From an uncultured bacterium (GTDB taxonomy: Bacteria > Patescibacteriota > Microgenomatia > UBA1400 > UBA12108), in assembly GCA_903945195.1 (NCBI GenBank), contig CAJAUT010000013.1, positions 11,473 to 75,472 of the forward strand: a DNA stretch of 64,000 nucleotides. The letters are read 5' to 3'. Positions 59,004 through 64,000 of this stretch are shown here, piece after piece; within the stretch, counting starts at the first letter, position 1, and the number at the start of each line of letters is the position of its first letter. The notes under the pieces are model-generated. The model made no database searches, was not told the origin of the DNA, and worked only from the letters and a program-made list of their open reading frames with translations. Made by a program: the position numbers and the translations under genes.

Positions 59004-59767
59004 TCACAAAACTAGATTGGGAAATGATAATTCAAGATTTTCGTTGATTTGACGACCGGTGAGGCGATATACCTTATAGCCGAGACCATAGAGATATTGA
59101 TCTTTTCTCTTATCTCTAATCTTACTTTGAGGTCGTAAATGCCAAAACTCGCCATCGCACTCGATAATTGTCTTTGTGCCGGTGAGTAAAAAGTCGGCTC
59201 GATATTTGGCAAATTTCACTTCCTGTTGAAATTCAATGTGTTTACTCTCGAGATATTTACGAACTTTTTCTTCGAGAGATGACTCGCCATTGAATTTGAT
59301 AAAACATTCCCGCGAGCAAAATTTGCCCCTTCCGGTATTGATCACCGAATTAGGAATGGTAAATTCCTGATGACAATTGGCACACTTTTTGGTGACAAAC
59401 TCTGACATACCAAGGTCGTGACATTTTTTAGAACAGTATATGGTGTGAACGGCCACGGCTGGTGAACGCTTTACTGCCTTGCCACACTGTTGACAAATTT
59501 TAGTGACAAGATGATCTCTGTTTACTTTGTTCTGGCACGTGCGTCTGCAATAAATTCCGAATCCGTGGCGAACTTGGGTGGGCGATGGGATAAATGTCTT
59601 TTTACAGATAAACATCTCTTTTCGAACTTTAATCTTGTCGAGTTATGGTAACAAGGAAGCGAGCAATAATTGGTTGGTCGGACAAGATATGGCATTTTTA
59701 TAAAATCTTTACCACATCCATCACATTTAACTTGTTCTCTATATCCAATGGGACTGACTTTACGCAT
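59004..59767 (-). pseudogene. frameshifted gene: N-terminal tandem Cys4 zinc-ribbon repeats plus C-terminal DUF559 (Vsr/PD-(D/E)xK-like) endonuclease domain
   Basis: ORFs 59522..59767 and 59004..59615 overlap out of frame; a 1-nt deletion near 59612 restores a continuous K-x-C-x2-C-G-K-x-F...Y-C-S-x2-C repeat; YRADFLLTGTKTIIECDGEFWH matches the DUF559 core. Confidence 0.5.
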
Positions 59768-59848
59768 ATTATTCGGTATCTACGTATTAGTGTAGAACCA
59801 AATAATATTGCTGTCAATAAATTGCTTGAAAGTGAAATTAGCTTGATC

Positions 59849-60325
59849 CTACCATCTAAAATGTGAAAACGCTTTGTTTGCGTCAGCTTGTCGATGTACA
59901 TCGTCGCGTTTCTTGATGGTGGCACCTTGGCCGTTGTAGGCATCCATGATCTCAGCAGCAAGTTTCTCACCATAGGTGTGATACTCGGAGTTTGAGCGTT
60001 TATTGGAGAACTCGACCAACCAGCGGATGGAAAGTGAGAACTGGCGACGTGGGGGAACTGGCATAGGTACCTGGTAAGCAGCGCCACCAATGCGGCGACT
60101 ACGAACTTCGGTCTTTGGTTTGATGTTGTTTAGAGCGGTCATTAAAACGTCTAAAGGTTTAAGACCAGTCTTCTCGCCTAGGATATCCATGGCTTTGTAG
60201 ATCTGTTTCTCGGCTACGACTTTTTTACCGTCCATCATGGCACGATTGATGAGTTTGGCAACTTCTAAAGAGTTGTATTTAACGTCACCTTCGACTCTTT
60301 TAATACCTGCTAATTTTGCGCGCAT
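59849..60325 (-). CDS. rpsG: 30S ribosomal protein S7
   Basis: uS7 pattern. Confidence 0.9.
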   Translation of the reverse strand: MRAKLAGIKRVEGDVKYNSLEVAKLINRAMMDGKKVVAEKQIYKAMDILGEKTGLKPLDVLMTALNNIKPKTEVRSRRIGGAAYQVPMPVPPRRQFSLSIRWLVEFSNKRSNSEYHTYGEKLAAEIMDAYNGQGATIKKRDDVHRQADANKAFSHFRW

Positions 60326-60338
60326 ATTGTTTTAATCC

Positions 60339-60752
60339 TTATTTTTTAGGTCTCTTGGTTCCATATTTGGAACGTGATGTCTTGCGTTTGTCGACCCCAG
60401 CAGTGTCGTATTTTCCACGCACGATATGATATTTAACACCTGGTAAATCTTTGACACGGCCACCGCGGACCAAAACGACTGAGTGCTCGGCCAAGTTGTG
60501 ACCTTCACCCATGATGTAGGCGGTGACTTCTTGCTTGTTTGAAAGTCTAACACGAGCTACTTTACGTAGAGCTGAGTTAGGCTTTTTAGGGGTCATAGTT
60601 TTGACGATGATACAAACTCCACGTTTCTGAGGAGAAGCGTACTCGACTGACTTGCGTTTTGTGGCATTGTAACCACGGCGCAAGGCACTACCCTTTTTCT
60701 TTTTGGCTTTGGTATCTCTACCGTGTCTGACTAGTTGATTTACTGTTGGCAT
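60339..60752 (-). CDS. rpsL: 30S ribosomal protein S12
   Basis: MPTVNQLVR...PKKPNSA uS12 pattern. Confidence 0.9.
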   Translation of the reverse strand: MPTVNQLVRHGRDTKAKKKKGSALRRGYNATKRKSVEYASPQKRGVCIIVKTMTPKKPNSALRKVARVRLSNKQEVTAYIMGEGHNLAEHSVVLVRGGRVKDLPGVKYHIVRGKYDTAGVDKRKTSRSKYGTKRPKK

Positions 60753-60761
60753 AAGTGTTTG

Positions 60762-63700
60762 CTATTGTATCACAGCCCTCTCTGGATTTGTAGGAATTAA
60801 GCGGCCGATGATCACGTTTTCCTTGAGACCAAAGAGTGGATCTTCTTTACCTTCGATTGCTGCTTCACTTAGCACGTTGGTTGTCTGCTCGAAAGAGGCA
60901 GCAGATAGCCAGGAGTGAGTGTGCAAGGCAGCGCGGGTGACACCAAGCATTACAGAGACTGCAGTTGCTGGCTCTCCACCTTCGGCTAGGACGGCATCGT
61001 TGCCTGTATCAAAGGCAAAGCGGTCGACGATCTCTCCACCGATGAGTGAAGTATCGCCTGAGTCTTCGATTTTGACTTTACTAGTCATTTCGCGAACCAC
61101 AACTTCGAAGTGTTTGTCGGAGATTGGGATTCCTTGAGACTCGTAAACTGCTTGGATCTCACCGATCAAGTAGATTTGAGCGTCGCGGATACCACGGACT
61201 CTAAGTACTTCTTGAATATTTTGAGGACCATTGGCTAGAGGGAATCCTGCTGTGATTAAATCCTTATCCTTGACTGAGAGAGTCAAAGTAGCTGGAACAA
61301 AGTGATCTTCAACAGCTCCGTTTGTACTTGTGATCGTGACTTTGGCGCCACCTTCGGCTTCTTCTACCATGATCTTACCTGAAATACCGGCAAGTGGGGA
61401 AGCAACTTTTGGATTTCTAGCTTCAAAGAGCTCTTCCACACGTGGCAAGCCTTGGGTCACGTCGAGACCGACGATACCACCAGCATGTTTGACACGCATA
61501 GTTAACTGAGTACCTGGTTCGCCGATACTTTGGGCGGCAATGACACCAACTGGGCTCCCAAGCTCTACGAGTTTGCGTGTTCCAAAGTCCCATCCGTAAC
61601 AGGCGGCACAGAGTCCGTATCTAGCTTTACAGGTCAAAGGTGAGCGGATCTCGATACTTTCAATGCCTGAAGCATATAGAGTTTCTGCGATTTGGTCGTC
61701 GATGATTTCGCCTTTTTTGATCAAGACTGCTTTAGATTTTGGATCTTTAATAGTTGAAGCCACTGCGCGACCTAAGACGCGTTTGACAAAGTGTTTTCCT
61801 CTGACGCCAGTTGTTTCAATTTCTAGAACTTCGGTCGTGCCACAGTCATCTTCGCGGATGATAGAGGTGTGTGAGACGTCGACCAAGCGGCGAGTGAGGT
61901 AACCAGCATCAGCTGTTTTTAGAGCTGAATCTGTCAAACCTTTACGCGAGCCACGAGATGAAGTCACATATTCAAAGATTGAAAGGCCTTCACGGAAGTT
62001 TGACTTGGTAGGCATTTCCACGATCTTACCTAGTGGGTCAACAACTAGTCCACGCATAGCAGACAATTGTTTGACCTGATCGCGAGAAGCACGAGTACCA
62101 CCTGAGTCAATGATGATCTTGACGGCGTTGCGCTCGTCAAATTTTTCCCAGGTAGCGGTAGCGATGGATTCGGTTGTTTCCATCCAGACTTCAAAAGATA
62201 GTCTGCGCTTTTCTTCCTGGGTGATTAAGCCCTGGTTGAAAGTTTCTAGGATTTCATTGACTCTAGCATCGGCGTCTTTGATCATGCCAACTTTTTCTTT
62301 GATCATGATGTTGTCTGCAACGGCGACTGAGAGACCAGATGTAGTCAAGTATTCAAAGCCAATAGACTTGATTTTGTCTACTAGATCTGCAACTAGGTCA
62401 TTATCGAAAACGCGGATTGCTTCTCTAATGATGTCTGTGATCTTTTTGGCATTGATAGCTTCGTTGATGAATCTCAACTCAACTGGCAAGGCTTCATTGA
62501 AGATCAAACGACCTACGGAAGTCTCGATGATTTTGCCGTCTACTCTAACAGTAATAGGTTGGCGTAGTTCGACAATACCAGCTTCCCTGGCGGCATAAGC
62601 TTGTTCAGAGTCACCATAGATACTGCCTGAGTTTTTCAAATCTGGATTGAAACTAGTCAAGTAGTAACAACCTAGGGCCATTTCTTTGTTAGGAACGGTG
62701 ATAGGTGAACCATTGGCTGGTTTAAGTAGATTGTTTTTGGCCATCATGCGGGTACGAGCATCTTCGATAGCAGTCTCTGAAAGTGGGACGTGAATAGCCA
62801 TCTGGTCACCATCAAAGTCAGCGTTGTATCCTGCACAGACACAAGGGTGAAGCTGGATAGCATTACCTTCGATGAGCACTGGATAAAATGCTTGAATACC
62901 TAGTTTGTGCAAGGTAGGAGCACGGTTGAGCAAGACTGGGTGGTTTTTGGTGATGCGCTCTAGGATATCAAACACTAGAGGGTCTTTGCGTTCGATGGCG
63001 TGCTTGGCACTCTTGACGTTTGGAGCTGTACCTTCGGCGATGAGCTCGCGAAGAACGTATGGTTTAAACATCTCAAGAGCCATATCTTTGGGGATACCAC
63101 ACTCAGAGAGCTTGAGCTCTGGACCTACGACGATAACGGAGCGACCTGAATAGTCGACGCGTTTACCTAGTAGATTTTGGCGGAAGCGACCTTGCTTGCC
63201 TGACAACATGTCAGAGAGTGAGCGAAGAGGTTTGACTACGCGGCGCCTGGTGGTCTTGGCTTGGGAAGCATCAATTAGTGAGTCAACTGCTTCTTGGAGC
63301 ATGCGTTTTTCGTTGCGCAAGATGATCTCTGGGGCACCTAGATCGATCAAGTGCTTGAGACGGTTGTTGCGGTTGATGACGCGGCGATAGAGATCGTTGA
63401 GATCTGAACTAGCGAATCTTCCACCTGAAAGCTGGACCATAGGACGTAGTTCTGGAGGTAGAACTGGAAGTACCTTAAGTACCATCCAGGAAGGTGAAAG
63501 ACCAGCATTTTTGAGTCCATCTACGACTTTAAGACGTTTGGACAACTTGGTTCTTTTGATACTAGCACTACCTTCTTCTTTGAGTTCTATTTTGATTTCT
63601 TTGGAAAGCTTTTGGACGTCGATGGTTTCTAGGTACTCAAGGATTGCTTCGGCACCCATGCCTACTTTGAGGTGATTTATAGCGTTGTATTCATCTAGCT

Positions 63701-64000
63701 TGAGATATTCATCTTCGGCCATGACAGTACCTGGAACAATGCGTTTGGCCATGGTGGTCACAGTCTTGTAGATCTCGGTCAAAGAATCTTTGTCGAGAAC
63801 TAGTGACTCACGGAGATTTTCAATAGCTTTTTTGGCACTGTTGGTCTGACGTTCGGTTGGTTTTTCACCTAGACCTTCTTTGACCTTTTGCATATCAGTC
63901 TTGATAGAATCTTCAAGAGCTTCAAGAGCTGCTGCATGTTGAGTATTTAAGGACTCGATTACTTTGGCTTTTTCGTCTTTGTCCACAGCTAGTACCAAGT
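60762..64000 (-). CDS. rpoC: DNA-directed RNA polymerase subunit beta' (C-terminal about 1080 aa; 5' end beyond window)
   Basis: NADFDGDQM catalytic motif; reading frame open to window edge. Confidence 0.9.
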   Translation of the reverse strand, partial: LVLAVDKDEKAKVIESLNTQHAAALEALEDSIKTDMQKVKEGLGEKPTERQTNSAKKAIENLRESLVLDKDSLTEIYKTVTTMAKRIVPGTVMAEDEYLKLDEYNAINHLKVGMGAEAILEYLETIDVQKLSKEIKIELKEEGSASIKRTKLSKRLKVVDGLKNAGLSPSWMVLKVLPVLPPELRPMVQLSGGRFASSDLNDLYRRVINRNNRLKHLIDLGAPEIILRNEKRMLQEAVDSLIDASQAKTTRRRVVKPLRSLSDMLSGKQGRFRQNLLGKRVDYSGRSVIVVGPELKLSECGIPKDMALEMFKPYVLRELIAEGTAPNVKSAKHAIERKDPLVFDILERITKNHPVLLNRAPTLHKLGIQAFYPVLIEGNAIQLHPCVCAGYNADFDGDQMAIHVPLSETAIEDARTRMMAKNNLLKPANGSPITVPNKEMALGCYYLTSFNPDLKNSGSIYGDSEQAYAAREAGIVELRQPITVRVDGKIIETSVGRLIFNEALPVELRFINEAINAKKITDIIREAIRVFDNDLVADLVDKIKSIGFEYLTTSGLSVAVADNIMIKEKVGMIKDADARVNEILETFNQGLITQEEKRRLSFEVWMETTESIATATWEKFDERNAVKIIIDSGGTRASRDQVKQLSAMRGLVVDPLGKIVEMPTKSNFREGLSIFEYVTSSRGSRKGLTDSALKTADAGYLTRRLVDVSHTSIIREDDCGTTEVLEIETTGVRGKHFVKRVLGRAVASTIKDPKSKAVLIKKGEIIDDQIAETLYASGIESIEIRSPLTCKARYGLCAACYGWDFGTRKLVELGSPVGVIAAQSIGEPGTQLTMRVKHAGGIVGLDVTQGLPRVEELFEARNPKVASPLAGISGKIMVEEAEGGAKVTITSTNGAVEDHFVPATLTLSVKDKDLITAGFPLANGPQNIQEVLRVRGIRDAQIYLIGEIQAVYESQGIPISDKHFEVVVREMTSKVKIEDSGDTSLIGGEIVDRFAFDTGNDAVLAEGGEPATAVSVMLGVTRAALHTHSWLSAASFEQTTNVLSEAAIEGKEDPLFGLKENVIIGRLIPTNPERAVIQ

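Noticed and set aside
59698-60090. 130-aa minus-strand ORF
   Set aside because: It is out of frame within rpsG (uS7), and the S7 frame is the conserved one.
1-64000. CRISPR arrays and tRNA genes
   Set aside because: No regularly spaced direct repeats and no tRNA-like T-arm or anticodon-arm signatures were seen in any intergenic region by eye. This needs tRNAscan-SE and a CRISPR finder to confirm.

Overview
This window is a low-GC, gene-dense bacterial segment almost entirely on the minus strand. It looks like a Candidate Phyla Radiation (Patescibacteria)-type genome: small proteins, no ribosomal protein L30 gene between rpsE and rplO, a zinc-type S14, and a reduced RNase P RNA. The backbone is the ribosomal super-operon, in minus-strand order rpoC (3' part)-rpsL-rpsG, then fusA-tuf-S10/spc/alpha clusters-secY-adk-map-infA-rpmJ-rpsM-rpsK-rpsD-rpoA-rplQ-rplM-rpsI. 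A 3.6 kb insertion (56236..59848) splits rpsG from fusA. It carries a Bro-N/DinD-like gene, a canonical tgt on the other strand, a small membrane protein, a frameshifted Zn-ribbon/DUF559 nuclease gene, and a small Shine-Dalgarno-preceded ORF whose promoter spacer is a (GA)7 microsatellite. Downstream of the ribosomal genes are an NYN-domain gene, recA-recX, rny, hup, two ABC-2 exporter cassettes, miaA, an AI-2E transporter, uppP, a block of secreted or membrane hypotheticals (IPT/TIG-like, retropepsin-like, DUF4446, DUF3048, ANT(2'')-like nucleotidyltransferase) and a wHTH gene. After those come an AbrB-like gene, secDF, a histidine phosphatase and a putative PIN/antitoxin pair, an RNase P RNA (unannotated; the SDR ORF is over-extended across it), SDR, a PNPOx-like gene, pyrD, cca, a TrpR-like regulator, a hydrolase, recJ, dacA-like, aspS, gltX, proS, a CsaA-like gene, an HD-domain gene, DUF1295 and MazG-like genes, and a bactofilin-like membrane protein. 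Non-coding observations: (1) an exact 42-nt repeat sits in-frame inside tgt and again at the window start, with a diverged third copy inside a peripheral helix of RNase P RNA; (2) two copies of an ~85-nt long-hairpin element with compensatory apical variation lie just downstream of hup and rpsI; (3) a shared extended -35 module GTTGACATTCGGGTAGT drives recA and two apparently leaderless genes; (4) a duplicated 30-nt palindrome-bearing element abuts the ATG of two adjacent genes; (5) there is an REP-like palindromic terminator family. No CRISPR array or tRNA gene was recognised by eye.
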